Shown piece by piece: positions 27,395-36,866 of a DNA stretch of 64,000 bases. The notes beneath the pieces were generated by a model that was given only the letters and a program-made list of their open reading frames with translations, made no database searches and was not told the DNA's origin. Position numbers and translations under genes: made by a program. Where the stretch lies: contig JAWXUA010000001.1 of the NCBI GenBank assembly GCA_044433065.1, positions 1,685-65,684 of the forward strand, written 5' to 3'. The first letter of the stretch is position 1, and the number at the start of each line of letters is the position of its first letter. The DNA comes from Pseudomonadota bacterium. GTDB taxonomy: Bacteria > Desulfobacterota > Desulfovibrionia > Desulfovibrionales > Desulfovibrionaceae.

Positions 27395-29236
27395 TCACCG
27401 TTGCAATGTGGGGTTTTGGTCGCGTCGCGAAACCCACCAATCGATAAAGTTATATGTGATACCAGCAGGTGCTGGCTCTATACCGCGGAAGCGAGCTTGC
27501 ACAATAGGCAAGGCATATGGCGCATAGAGGAAGCAATATGGCTGGTCTTCATGCAATAAAACTTGAAAGCGGTCGTAAAGCTTTTTGCGCTCTTCAAGCG
27601 AGAGTGCGCGTCGTCCTTTTTCTAATACTTCATCTACTTCAGAATTGCTATAGCCAATAAAGTTAAGTCCCCCTTCAAATGCCTTGGAGGAATGCCAAAC
27701 TTCAAAGGAATCAGGGTCTTGCCCAATGGACCATGCTAAAAGAACAGCGTCAAATCGTCCTTTATTGACAAATTCTTTAATAAAGGCGGCCCACTCCACA
27801 GTGCGAATTTGCACTTTTATGCCAATTTGCTTGAGTTGACTCTGAATAATTGTCGCGGCTTTGATGCGCTGGTCATTGCCTTGATTGGTTAAAATGGTGA
27901 AGGCAAAGGGCACGCCATCTTTATCGAGTAAGCCGTCGCCGTCAGTATCACGCCAACCAGCCTCCGCCATGAGCGCACGTGCCATGTCTGGGCTATACTC
28001 ATAGGGAGTAATTTCCGTATTGTAGACCCAAGTTTTAGGCTTGTAGGGACCAATGACAGGCTCGCCCATACCAAGTAAAACTCCCTTGACTATGCCTTCT
28101 CGGTCAATGGCGTGGGTTAAAGCTCGGCGAACCTTTGCATCGGTAAAGAATGGGTGACGTAAATTATAGCCAAGGAACGTATAGCCAAAGGATAAATACT
28201 TGTATTTATTCCACTCTTCTTGCCATTTTTGGGTATTGGTTTGGCGTAAATATTGTTGTGGCGAAAGCCCCATCATGTCCAATTTTCCTGCTTTTAATTC
28301 CAAGAACATGGTGGCATTATCGGGAATGATGCGATAAATAACGTCGCTGAGCAGTGCTTCGCCTTCAAAATAATTTTCTACAGCTTTTAAGATAATATGG
28401 CTACCAACTTGCCATGTATCCAAAGAATATGGGCCAACTGCAACTGGTTTTCGTGCAAAAGGATGTGTTGCAAGCGCTTGCCCTTCCACACCTTCTAAAA
28501 TATGGCGCGGCATAATAGCCTGCATCCAGCTGACGAGAGCGCGGGCAAAAGGCTTATCATATTCGACTTCAAAGCTGTAGCGACCTGTTTTGGTAAAGCG
28601 TGTTACCGCTAAAAAATCTTCTGCGTAGGCTGTGGGTGTTGTTGGGTTGATGATAATATTATAGGTAAATTCAACGTCATCGGCCGTCAATTCTACGCCA
28701 TCTTCCCACATAATGCCTTTACGTAGGACAAAGCGTAATAGCCTGCCATCATTGAGAACTTCATAGGACTCAGCTGCCCATGGTTCAATTTTCAGGTTTT
28801 TGTCATAACGTAAAGGCGCCACAAAAAGCATGCTTGCAATTTCATGGGAAGCGGAGTCTGTGGCTAAAAATGGGATGAGCGTAGATGGTTCGCCGATGCT
28901 ACCCATAACTATGTGCCCACCCTTTTCAGGCGTTGCTCCGTTTTCTGTTTCGATAGCAGAGCTGTGAGTGCTTTGTGCCGCACTTTCGCTATCTGCCATG
29001 CTATTCTCTGCTGAAATGTCTATATTTCCGTGATTTTTTACATTTATTTGAGTTTTTTCATGCTTTTCTTCATTTTCATGCTGAGAAAGAAGCAATTCAC
29101 TACGATGCTCGCTTGCCTTTTCTGCTGTGTTTGCGCTATTATCACAAGCAACCAAGATAGGAAGCGTGAGAAAGCTTATGCATACAAAAAGCTGTAGATA
29201 TAAGCGTGGCATGTTTTTTAAAAAAATAGATGTCAT
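27395..29236 (-). CDS. Family-5 (peptide/nickel type) ABC solute-binding lipoprotein
   Basis: ATG at 29236 has GGAGAGG upstream. The signal peptide with an LVAC lipobox is followed by a low-complexity linker of about 100 aa and then an SBP_bac_5-like body. The ORF track starts earlier, at 29284. Confidence 0.85.
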   Translation of the reverse strand: MTSIFLKNMPRLYLQLFVCISFLTLPILVACDNSANTAEKASEHRSELLLSQHENEEKHEKTQINVKNHGNIDISAENSMADSESAAQSTHSSAIETENGATPEKGGHIVMGSIGEPSTLIPFLATDSASHEIASMLFVAPLRYDKNLKIEPWAAESYEVLNDGRLLRFVLRKGIMWEDGVELTADDVEFTYNIIINPTTPTAYAEDFLAVTRFTKTGRYSFEVEYDKPFARALVSWMQAIMPRHILEGVEGQALATHPFARKPVAVGPYSLDTWQVGSHIILKAVENYFEGEALLSDVIYRIIPDNATMFLELKAGKLDMMGLSPQQYLRQTNTQKWQEEWNKYKYLSFGYTFLGYNLRHPFFTDAKVRRALTHAIDREGIVKGVLLGMGEPVIGPYKPKTWVYNTEITPYEYSPDMARALMAEAGWRDTDGDGLLDKDGVPFAFTILTNQGNDQRIKAATIIQSQLKQIGIKVQIRTVEWAAFIKEFVNKGRFDAVLLAWSIGQDPDSFEVWHSSKAFEGGLNFIGYSNSEVDEVLEKGRRALSLEERKKLYDRFQVLLHEDQPYCFLYAPYALPIVQARFRGIEPAPAGITYNFIDWWVSRRDQNPTLQR

Positions 29237-29405
29237 TTGAGCCTCTCCTCTCTTGCCAAAATCATCGATTTCAGTATTGTACATAACGTCATTGTTTGCA
29301 ATGGCTTTTACAAGCTACAAAGACTGGGATGCCCCACGGAAAAGCTTTGGGCCCCGTGTACATGGTTTACTTTGCTTAGTGACGGGCAAATAGGCAATGT
29401 TTTTT

Positions 29406-29414
29406 TGCTATAAT
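29406..29414 (+). promoter_or_regulatory. Extended -10 promoter candidate (TGcTATAAT)
   Basis: Perfect TATAAT at 29409-29414 with TG at 29406-29407, about 50 nt upstream of the SNF2 start codon. No good -35 element is present. Confidence 0.35.
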
Positions 29415-29461
29415 TTGTCATTACTAGCCGCATTTGTTTTTTATGAAGGAGCACAACACTG

Positions 29462-32400
29462 ATGGAGAATAATCAGGACCGCCTTGTCCGTTCGCTGTTA
29501 CAAGATTTTACACAGCATGCCGTTCCCGAGTATATTCTTGAGGGCGGTAAGGACATTTTTACGCAAGGTGGTGTGCAAAAAATTAGTGTGAACAAAGGTG
29601 CTACATCATGGGAGATTGATGGTAGCATTCAAAGCGACGACTTCCAAATTTATAAGCCTAAAATTACGTTAAATTTGTCGGATAAGCGCACTGAATATAT
29701 GTGTAATTGCTCGGACTCATTCTCTGGGATTTGCCGACATGTGGCAGCAACTGGCCTTAAAATGCTGTCAACATTAGATATTCCTGAAGATAGTGATGTG
29801 CCGGCCCCTAAGCCACGTAGCGAATGGCGCCAAAGCTTTCGCTCCTTCTTTGCCACCGAGCTTGAGCCAGAACCGGGCAAACATTATTTAATTTTCCGTT
29901 TTTATCCAGAACCGGGGCGTCTCATTGTCTCCTTCTTCCGTGCGCGGCAAAATAAAACGGCTTTATCTTCTGTACACAACGAAGTCACCCTCTTGCAAAT
30001 CATTAATAATCCTGACTGGTCTGAATTGTCACCACAGCTTGTAAAAGTTGCGCTGCAAATTGGCCGATATGTGGATTATTACGGTCATAGAGTCGAAGTT
30101 CCTGATGGCCTCATCTCATGGTTTTTCTGGGCCATTCGCCGAGAATATTATTTATTCTGGATGGATACAGAAACACCTTGTCGCGTGGAAAGCACGTCTA
30201 TGGGCCTTAAGTTACGTCCAGACTTTGCAGGTGAGGGGCTCTCTTTTGACGTCATGCTTCAACGCGATGGGCACCCTCCCTTCTCTATCTTGCAAGAAGA
30301 TAGTGATGCTACGTTCCATGGTCAAATGCCTATGTGGGTTTGCTGGAACCGCGGTTTTTATCCTGTGCAAACGGGTTTACCTCCACAAATTGTACAAGAA
30401 CTTATCCGCCAGCCACCGCTTATTCCACAAGAAGAGACTCCTGAATTCCTTGATCGCGTTTGGACACATATCCCTGCATCTGCGCTCTATGGCCAAGAAG
30501 AATTCTTGACGCTCATGGAGCCGATTTTCCAGCCAGCTAGCTATAATCCAAAGCTTTTCTTGGATGAAGAAGGGAGCCTCCTTACCCTTGAGGTGCAAAA
30601 TATTTACGAAACTTTGCAGGGTGATTTTTATCTTGCTGGGCCAAACCCTGATTTTCAGACTGGGAGCTATGCTTTTGAAGGCAATACCTTCCTTATTCGA
30701 CGCAATCAGTCTGAAGAAGGCGCGCTCATTTCTCTGCTCAATGAGATGCACTTTCAGCCAAGGACAAGCCGTCTTTGGTTTTTAGAGCCAGAAGAAGCCA
30801 TCACGTTCTTGCTTGATGCGTATCCTCGACTTGTGGAGCGGTACCGTGTTTATGGCGAAAAAGCCTTGTCGCGGTATAAAGTTCGCTTATCTCAGCCAGT
30901 TATCACAGCTAATGTTGAGAGCAATGAGGAAGAAAAGTGGTTCAACCTTGATATTGAAGTTGAATACGATGGCCAACGCGTGCCCATTGAAAAAATTTGG
31001 CGCGCATGGACCCAAGGTAAGCGATATGTTCAGCTTAAGGATGGTTCGTACACAAGCTTACCTGAGTCTTGGCTTGAACGTATTGCTCATAAATTACAGG
31101 CACTTGGACTTGACCCAAGTAAGCCACCGCAAAAGCAGTTCCAGCAATTTGAGGCACCAGTCCTCGATAGCTTGCTCGATGATTTGCCAGATGCAACCAC
31201 TGATGGCTTCTGGAATACTTTGCGCGACAAAATCCATACCTTCAATGAAATTAGGCAGATAGATACACCTGCTGGCCTGCAAGCGACTTTGCGTGAGTAC
31301 CAAAAGCAAGGCTTGTCCTATCTTAATTTCTTACGCGAATATGGCTTTGGCGGTATTCTTGCGGACGAAATGGGTCTTGGCAAAACTGTACAAACCCTTT
31401 CTTTCATTCAACATATGGTTGAAATTGGTCTCAACGGGCCAAATCTCATCGTTGTTCCAACATCTGTTTTGCCGAACTGGGACCGTGAAGCAAGCAAATT
31501 TGTACCGAACTTGAAGCGTCTCATTATATATGGTACGCGCCGTGAAAACATGTTTAAGCAAATAGATTCGGCTAATCTTGTTATCACGACATATGCCCTC
31601 TTGCGCCGCGACTTGGAAGTTCTGCAAGAGCATCCATTTAACTCCATTATTCTCGACGAAGCACAGAATATTAAAAACCCCAATACCATTACGGCAAGGG
31701 CTGTGCGTCGTATCAATGCGGATATGCGTCTTTGTCTGTCTGGTACTCCAATTGAGAATAATCTCTTTGAGTTGTGGTCGCTGTTCGAATTCCTCATGCC
31801 AGGCTTCCTTGGTTCGCAGCACGCCTTCCAGCGCGGCATTATTAAGCCCATTAAAGATGGCGATACTGAGACTTTGGACTATTTGCGTACGCGTGTACGG
31901 CCATTTATTCTGCGCCGTACCAAGTCTGAAGTTGCTAAGGATTTGCCACCAAAAGTGGAAAATACCTATTTTTGCGCCTTGGCCGAAGAGCAAGCCGAAC
32001 TGTATACAGCCTTGGCCCGCAAGCTCAAGGATCAGGTGCTTGCCGACGTGGACGAAAAAGGCATTGCCAAAAGTCAAATGTCTATTCTCGACGCGCTGCT
32101 CAAGCTGCGCCAGATTTGTTGCCACCCACGCTTGCTCAAGCTCGATATGCCAGGCTTCACCACCAATTTGCCATCTGGTAAATTTGATGCCTTTAAGGAT
32201 ATGATTACGGACATCGTGGAAGAAGGTCACAAAGTTCTGGTGTTCTCGCAATTTGTGCAAATGCTGCATATCATCCGTTCGTGGCTACAAATTGCGGAAA
32301 TTCCTTTCTGTTACCTTGACGGTACCAGTAAAGACCGCTTTGAACAGGTAGACAAGTTCAACAACAGTCCCGATATTCCAATCTTCCTTATTTCGCTCAA

Positions 32401-32680
32401 AGCTGGTGGTACTGGTCTTAACCTTACGTCCGCAGACTACGTCATCCACTATGATCCATGGTGGAACCCTGCTGTGGAAAGCCAAGCAACTGACCGTACC
32501 CACAGAATTGGTCAAACAAGACAGGTATTTAGCTATAAGCTTATCTGTCAGAACACCGTTGAAGAAAAAATCCTCAAATTGCAGGATATGAAGCGCGGTG
32601 TTGCTGAGGCTATTATTCCGGGTCAAGAAGCTTGGAAGTCTTTGACTCGCGATGATCTTGAAATGTTGTTTGATATTTAG
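29462..32680 (+). CDS. SNF2-family helicase with an N-terminal SWIM zinc finger
   Basis: SWIM motif CNCSDSFSGICRHVAA, plus ILADEMGLGKTVQ, LDEAQNIKN and QATDRTHRIGQ. RBS AAGGAG is present. Confidence 0.9.
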   Translation: MENNQDRLVRSLLQDFTQHAVPEYILEGGKDIFTQGGVQKISVNKGATSWEIDGSIQSDDFQIYKPKITLNLSDKRTEYMCNCSDSFSGICRHVAATGLKMLSTLDIPEDSDVPAPKPRSEWRQSFRSFFATELEPEPGKHYLIFRFYPEPGRLIVSFFRARQNKTALSSVHNEVTLLQIINNPDWSELSPQLVKVALQIGRYVDYYGHRVEVPDGLISWFFWAIRREYYLFWMDTETPCRVESTSMGLKLRPDFAGEGLSFDVMLQRDGHPPFSILQEDSDATFHGQMPMWVCWNRGFYPVQTGLPPQIVQELIRQPPLIPQEETPEFLDRVWTHIPASALYGQEEFLTLMEPIFQPASYNPKLFLDEEGSLLTLEVQNIYETLQGDFYLAGPNPDFQTGSYAFEGNTFLIRRNQSEEGALISLLNEMHFQPRTSRLWFLEPEEAITFLLDAYPRLVERYRVYGEKALSRYKVRLSQPVITANVESNEEEKWFNLDIEVEYDGQRVPIEKIWRAWTQGKRYVQLKDGSYTSLPESWLERIAHKLQALGLDPSKPPQKQFQQFEAPVLDSLLDDLPDATTDGFWNTLRDKIHTFNEIRQIDTPAGLQATLREYQKQGLSYLNFLREYGFGGILADEMGLGKTVQTLSFIQHMVEIGLNGPNLIVVPTSVLPNWDREASKFVPNLKRLIIYGTRRENMFKQIDSANLVITTYALLRRDLEVLQEHPFNSIILDEAQNIKNPNTITARAVRRINADMRLCLSGTPIENNLFELWSLFEFLMPGFLGSQHAFQRGIIKPIKDGDTETLDYLRTRVRPFILRRTKSEVAKDLPPKVENTYFCALAEEQAELYTALARKLKDQVLADVDEKGIAKSQMSILDALLKLRQICCHPRLLKLDMPGFTTNLPSGKFDAFKDMITDIVEEGHKVLVFSQFVQMLHIIRSWLQIAEIPFCYLDGTSKDRFEQVDKFNNSPDIPIFLISLKAGGTGLNLTSADYVIHYDPWWNPAVESQATDRTHRIGQTRQVFSYKLICQNTVEEKILKLQDMKRGVAEAIIPGQEAWKSLTRDDLEMLFDI

Positions 32681-32746
32681 GGCTTCCAAAGAGATTACGT
32701 AGTTTTCCTACGATAGTTCTTTAGCTAGCCTACTCTCTCTACTAAC

Positions 32747-32783
32747 ACAGGCTTACGCTTTATTGGCGTGAGCCTGTTTTTTT
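32747..32783 (+). terminator. Rho-independent terminator
   Basis: acaggcttacgc / gcgtgagcctgt 12-bp stem followed by T7. Confidence 0.8.
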
Positions 32784-32880
32784 ATGTGGAAATGAGGACA
32801 ACAAAAGATGGAACTATACTTGGCATATACATCTATATCGGATAATTATGTAGTAATGTTACGATATAAGCGAGGTATAT

Positions 32881-33339
32881 ATGAGTCAAGATATGAGTAT
32901 TACAAAGAAAATTGTGGATGATTGCGTAATCATATCGTTACAAGGTCGCATAGAAGAAAAAAATATACCGTCAATAAAAGAGCATTTACAAATAACGTGG
33001 AAAGAAGACACTTGTGGCGATGAAGAATGTGAGAGAAAGGACTTGGATAATCCACAGACTAAACATTCTTACTCAACTATTATTGATCTTTCAGAAGTGA
33101 CCTATCTTGATAGTGTCATGTTGAGCGTTCTTGTTGAAGCACTCTATCAACATGAAGAGCATGGCGGTCATTTATGTATAGGCGGTGTAAACAACGAAGT
33201 GCGGATGATACTAGAACTTTTGCAGCTTCATAAAGTAATTTTAGTATTTCCAGATCAAAGAACAGCTTTAGCACATAGTAAAAAAGAGATTATTGCTCTT
33301 TCTCACATCGAAACTGCAAGACAAAAAAACAACGTATAA
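32881..33339 (+). CDS. STAS-domain protein (anti-sigma-factor-antagonist fold) with an acidic/Cys insertion
   Basis: The sequence follows the SpoIIAA-like order VIISLQGRIEEKNIPSIKEHL ... IIDLSEVTYLDSVMLSVLVEAL ... LCIGGVNNEVRMILELLQLHKV. GAGG lies 5 nt upstream of the ATG. Confidence 0.75.
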   Translation: MSQDMSITKKIVDDCVIISLQGRIEEKNIPSIKEHLQITWKEDTCGDEECERKDLDNPQTKHSYSTIIDLSEVTYLDSVMLSVLVEALYQHEEHGGHLCIGGVNNEVRMILELLQLHKVILVFPDQRTALAHSKKEIIALSHIETARQKNNV

Positions 33340-33366
33340 TGTAAAATACAGTATAATGATATTACT

Positions 33367-35280
33367 ATGAAAGACTTGCACGCAAAAATACGTTTTGGCT
33401 CTCTTGTCGCTATAGCCGCAAACTTTGTGTACCTGTTTAGTCGTTTAGGTATCACACCTTTTATTTTGTCCTATGTGACCCTTGCTGCATATGGTTTATG
33501 GGCCTTTTGTTTTGTGGTCCTATCGTATGCAGGTATGTCTGCTTTTGGTATACATAACAGCTATATAAAGTATACTGCAGAATATTTTCATGCACAAAAA
33601 TTGGATAAAATTAATGGGCTTTTTTCCACTGGCTTGATGGTTATGGGTGGATATTCCATACTCTTTTTTATTGTCCTTGTGTTGGCGTCTTCTTGGATTA
33701 TTGGTCTTTTTGACATAGATGCGGAGCTTGTGCCTTTAGCAAGGTCTCTTTTAATCGGCACAGCTTCAGTATTTCTCATTGATCTCACGCTTGGGGCATT
33801 TAGGGCTATTTTGGAGGGCTTACAAGAAATAGCCCTGAGCAAAACAATATGGCTTATATCAACTTTGCTTGAAGTTGTTTTGATAGTTCTTTTTTTGCGT
33901 GCTGGACTAGGGCTTATGGGTGTCATGTATGCTTACATAATGAAGACTCTTGTGGACGTTCTGGCTCATATACTGGTCGCATTCCGTATTTTACCGAGTT
34001 TAAAAATTGGTATTTCATTGGTCCATAAACAGTACTATAGAGAGCTTTTCGTCTTTGGTGGAAAGGTACAAGTACTTGGATTATTAGGAATGTTTTTAGG
34101 AAGTTTAGATAGGATTATCATTACAAGTATACTTGGCTTGAGTGCCACGGGCTTATACGAAGTAGGTCGAAAACTTCCTTTCACAGCTAGGAGTATCACA
34201 GGAGCAGCAAGCACGCCATTTCTGCCCGCTGCTTCAGCCATGAAAGGAGTTTGGAGAAATAAGGATGGGCATGAGCTTAGTAATAGTCACAAGATACGTG
34301 GCCAAAAATATATTTTTAATAGAATTTGGCACTATAGTTCTCTTTGTATTACCACTACAGTAGTTGGCATAGTCGTTCTTATCTTTACCTTTTATCTATT
34401 GAATTTTAGTAAAGGGCAAAATTTATCGACACATTTCATAAGTAGTTTTTTGGTGTCAATTGAAGATATTTTCAATAATACAATATATATGCGATGTATT
34501 GACTATATACAACACAATTTTGCAAATAATATTTTCGTGTATGTTGCGATTTGTATCTTTACTATACTGTGTATTATTTTGTTTGTTGCTAGCATGTTCA
34601 AGCAAAAACAGATATTACAACGTAAAAACTATTATGATGCACCAGAGTTACGTAGTCTTTATTTGCAAGCATCTCGCTATATCAATATTTTGAATGTAGT
34701 CATTTATGGATTTATTATGGCAACAGCACCGCAAGTACTCTATGCGTGGCTTGGTGAAGGCTACAGCCTTGCCCATACCATATGCGTTGTTATTGGATTG
34801 CTCTGCGTAATACACCTTGCCACACTCCCCTGCTCTGCCATGATGAGGGGTATTGACCGATCTGGGCGAGAATTAGAAGCTATACTTATCAATATGATAC
34901 TATTTCTACTGTGGAGTTCTATCTGGACTGTGCATTATGATATTATGGGAATTGTATGGGCTTTTACTTTAAGTACAATTGTTAGTTCAATGTACTTTTT
35001 AATACGAACAAATGATGTTTTTACTGTAAGTTCTCATGAATACATAACAATATGTATTAAACCTGCGATGTATCCAGCATTGATAGCGTGCTTTATTGCT
35101 TTAATGTCAAGCTTATGTGATTTTATTTTCCCTAATTTAGGCCGTCTAGAGACTTTAGGTATTGTTATTATACTAGGAGTTCTCTATCTTCTAATGTGTG
35201 GCATTGTTCTGTGGCGATATTGTTTAAGTTCTGAAGAGTGCACTGCAATATTAGAAACTATAAAAAGAAAAAAACGGTAA
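33367..35280 (+). CDS. wzx: MOP-superfamily polysaccharide flippase (Wzx-like), unusually long at 637 aa
   Basis: The protein has many TM segments and polysaccharide-biosynthesis-protein type N- and C-terminal halves. It sits in a glycan locus. Confidence 0.7.
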   Translation: MKDLHAKIRFGSLVAIAANFVYLFSRLGITPFILSYVTLAAYGLWAFCFVVLSYAGMSAFGIHNSYIKYTAEYFHAQKLDKINGLFSTGLMVMGGYSILFFIVLVLASSWIIGLFDIDAELVPLARSLLIGTASVFLIDLTLGAFRAILEGLQEIALSKTIWLISTLLEVVLIVLFLRAGLGLMGVMYAYIMKTLVDVLAHILVAFRILPSLKIGISLVHKQYYRELFVFGGKVQVLGLLGMFLGSLDRIIITSILGLSATGLYEVGRKLPFTARSITGAASTPFLPAASAMKGVWRNKDGHELSNSHKIRGQKYIFNRIWHYSSLCITTTVVGIVVLIFTFYLLNFSKGQNLSTHFISSFLVSIEDIFNNTIYMRCIDYIQHNFANNIFVYVAICIFTILCIILFVASMFKQKQILQRKNYYDAPELRSLYLQASRYINILNVVIYGFIMATAPQVLYAWLGEGYSLAHTICVVIGLLCVIHLATLPCSAMMRGIDRSGRELEAILINMILFLLWSSIWTVHYDIMGIVWAFTLSTIVSSMYFLIRTNDVFTVSSHEYITICIKPAMYPALIACFIALMSSLCDFIFPNLGRLETLGIVIILGVLYLLMCGIVLWRYCLSSEECTAILETIKRKKR

Positions 35281-35300
35281 AATAAAATATTTTATGTGAT

Positions 35301-36845
35301 TTATTTTTGTAGGTCTTTCATATGTCCCCAGCCATATCGTAGAAGACCAAAAAGAATTCTGCAGTCTACGCATGCGTCGTTTGCATGGGCATACCATATC
35401 GCGTGAATATATTTTTCAATAGATGTCATTGGCGCCCTGCTAAGCCCGAACCAAGGTGGCAATAATCCATTTTTGTTAGTATGCGGATTGCTGTAATTTT
35501 TCTTTTTGAGCCACTCCACCGCTTGAAGACAGTCATGTTCTATAAAAGATAATCCAAAAAGAGGGATATCCCTAAGTATGACATTAATAATACTTGGAAA
35601 AAATGTCATTATGGGACCATGAAGCCATGGTGGTGCTGATTTACTGACAATATAAATGCTTTTTTTTACTTTTTTAGATACTGAGTTACATTGTAACGTC
35701 TCTATTTCATCATGCTCTGTATAGTTTATTTGTGCGAAGCTTCTTTTTCCTAATATCCACTGTAAAAGTATTACTGGTGAAATACATAAGAAAGTAGTCA
35801 AAATCACGGACCACACAAGAGAAATACAGAGAACCCTTTTCAAAAAAAAGACTTTTTTGTTATGCCGCTGCGACAGTAACGCTATATCATAACTCTTATT
35901 TGCCTCGATCAATGTATTAGGTGTAATAACACAAACATCGCTTTCTATTTGTGTAATGCTTTGACCAATAACGTAAGAATTTTTTATGGAAACAAGTGGT
36001 GATATGTAAGTATTTTTAGATATGATACTGTTTTCTATGATAGTATTTTCATCAACGATACAGAAATCACCAATGCATGCGTACGGACCAATAGTACAAT
36101 TTTCACCAATATGCACGTTATGTCCGATGATTGATGGTTGATATAGACGCACATCTGAAGCAATACTGCATTGAGTTCCTATAAAAATATCCTTCATATC
36201 TGTAATATGCTGCGATGACTGCGATGCTGGAAAATCATCATATTGCTTTTCATCTCGTAGTAACCAAGGGTACTCACCTTTAAGAGTGTTTTTTGTTGCA
36301 GCTGCAATGCTTTTAAGATTTTGTATTTCAAAATATGAGATATATAGAGGAAGAAATTCTAATTTTTTAGATATGATGAACATATTTTGATCTACATCTT
36401 TTGTTTTTGGCATTGCATATGAATGAACTTGATCATGTGATAAAAGACTATGTATACTATTGTAAAGATCTTGAGGATTAAAAATACACAGTTTAGTAAA
36501 AATAAGCATGCTTTTACTATTGATGATACTATTTGAGTAGGCAACAACATCAATTGTATCATCAAGTGAAGCCAATAAGGGAAGAACCTCAATAGTGCAC
36601 CCCCACCGCTCGCCGTTCCCTAAATGCGACCGTAGTAAGGAAGGATTATCGTCGCTTATGAAAATAATTTTATCAATACTGAATGTACTATGCTGATTAC
36701 GTTGACTGTATTCTTGTACTTTGAGTACTTGTTCAATCATATGAAATGCAATACTTCTATTACAAAGACTAAGCATAGAAAAATTTATTGTACCATCTTC
36801 ATTTGACCAAGTAGTATTGCCATCATAATATATAATTACATACAT
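35301..36845 (-). CDS. Three-part protein: a degenerate nucleotidyltransferase-like N-terminus, a left-handed beta-helix (hexapeptide) module, and a TM segment with a degenerate bacterial sugar-transferase-like C-terminus
   Basis: Hexapeptide run IIGHNVHIGENCTIGPYACIGDFCIVDENTIIENSIISKNTYISP. The C-terminus parallels the neighbouring PGT: LKRVLCISLVWSVIL matches LKRLLDIIVSSVALIL, FPSIINVILRDIPLFG matches LPQLYNVLRGNMSLVG, and LLPPWFGLSRA matches GITCFWQVSGRS. The DE dyad and the KLRSM motif are both missing. Confidence 0.5.
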   Translation of the reverse strand: MYVIIYYDGNTTWSNEDGTINFSMLSLCNRSIAFHMIEQVLKVQEYSQRNQHSTFSIDKIIFISDDNPSLLRSHLGNGERWGCTIEVLPLLASLDDTIDVVAYSNSIINSKSMLIFTKLCIFNPQDLYNSIHSLLSHDQVHSYAMPKTKDVDQNMFIISKKLEFLPLYISYFEIQNLKSIAAATKNTLKGEYPWLLRDEKQYDDFPASQSSQHITDMKDIFIGTQCSIASDVRLYQPSIIGHNVHIGENCTIGPYACIGDFCIVDENTIIENSIISKNTYISPLVSIKNSYVIGQSITQIESDVCVITPNTLIEANKSYDIALLSQRHNKKVFFLKRVLCISLVWSVILTTFLCISPVILLQWILGKRSFAQINYTEHDEIETLQCNSVSKKVKKSIYIVSKSAPPWLHGPIMTFFPSIINVILRDIPLFGLSFIEHDCLQAVEWLKKKNYSNPHTNKNGLLPPWFGLSRAPMTSIEKYIHAIWYAHANDACVDCRILFGLLRYGWGHMKDLQK

Positions 36846-36866
36846 AGTTCACTCTTTTTCTCAATG

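Noticed and set aside
29462-32680. SWIM-SNF2 helicase as part of a phage-defence system.
   Set aside because: It is a single gene with its own promoter-like element and terminator, and its composition looks native. It has no adjacent methylase, nuclease, PLD or ATPase partner. This architecture is a common stand-alone bacterial protein.
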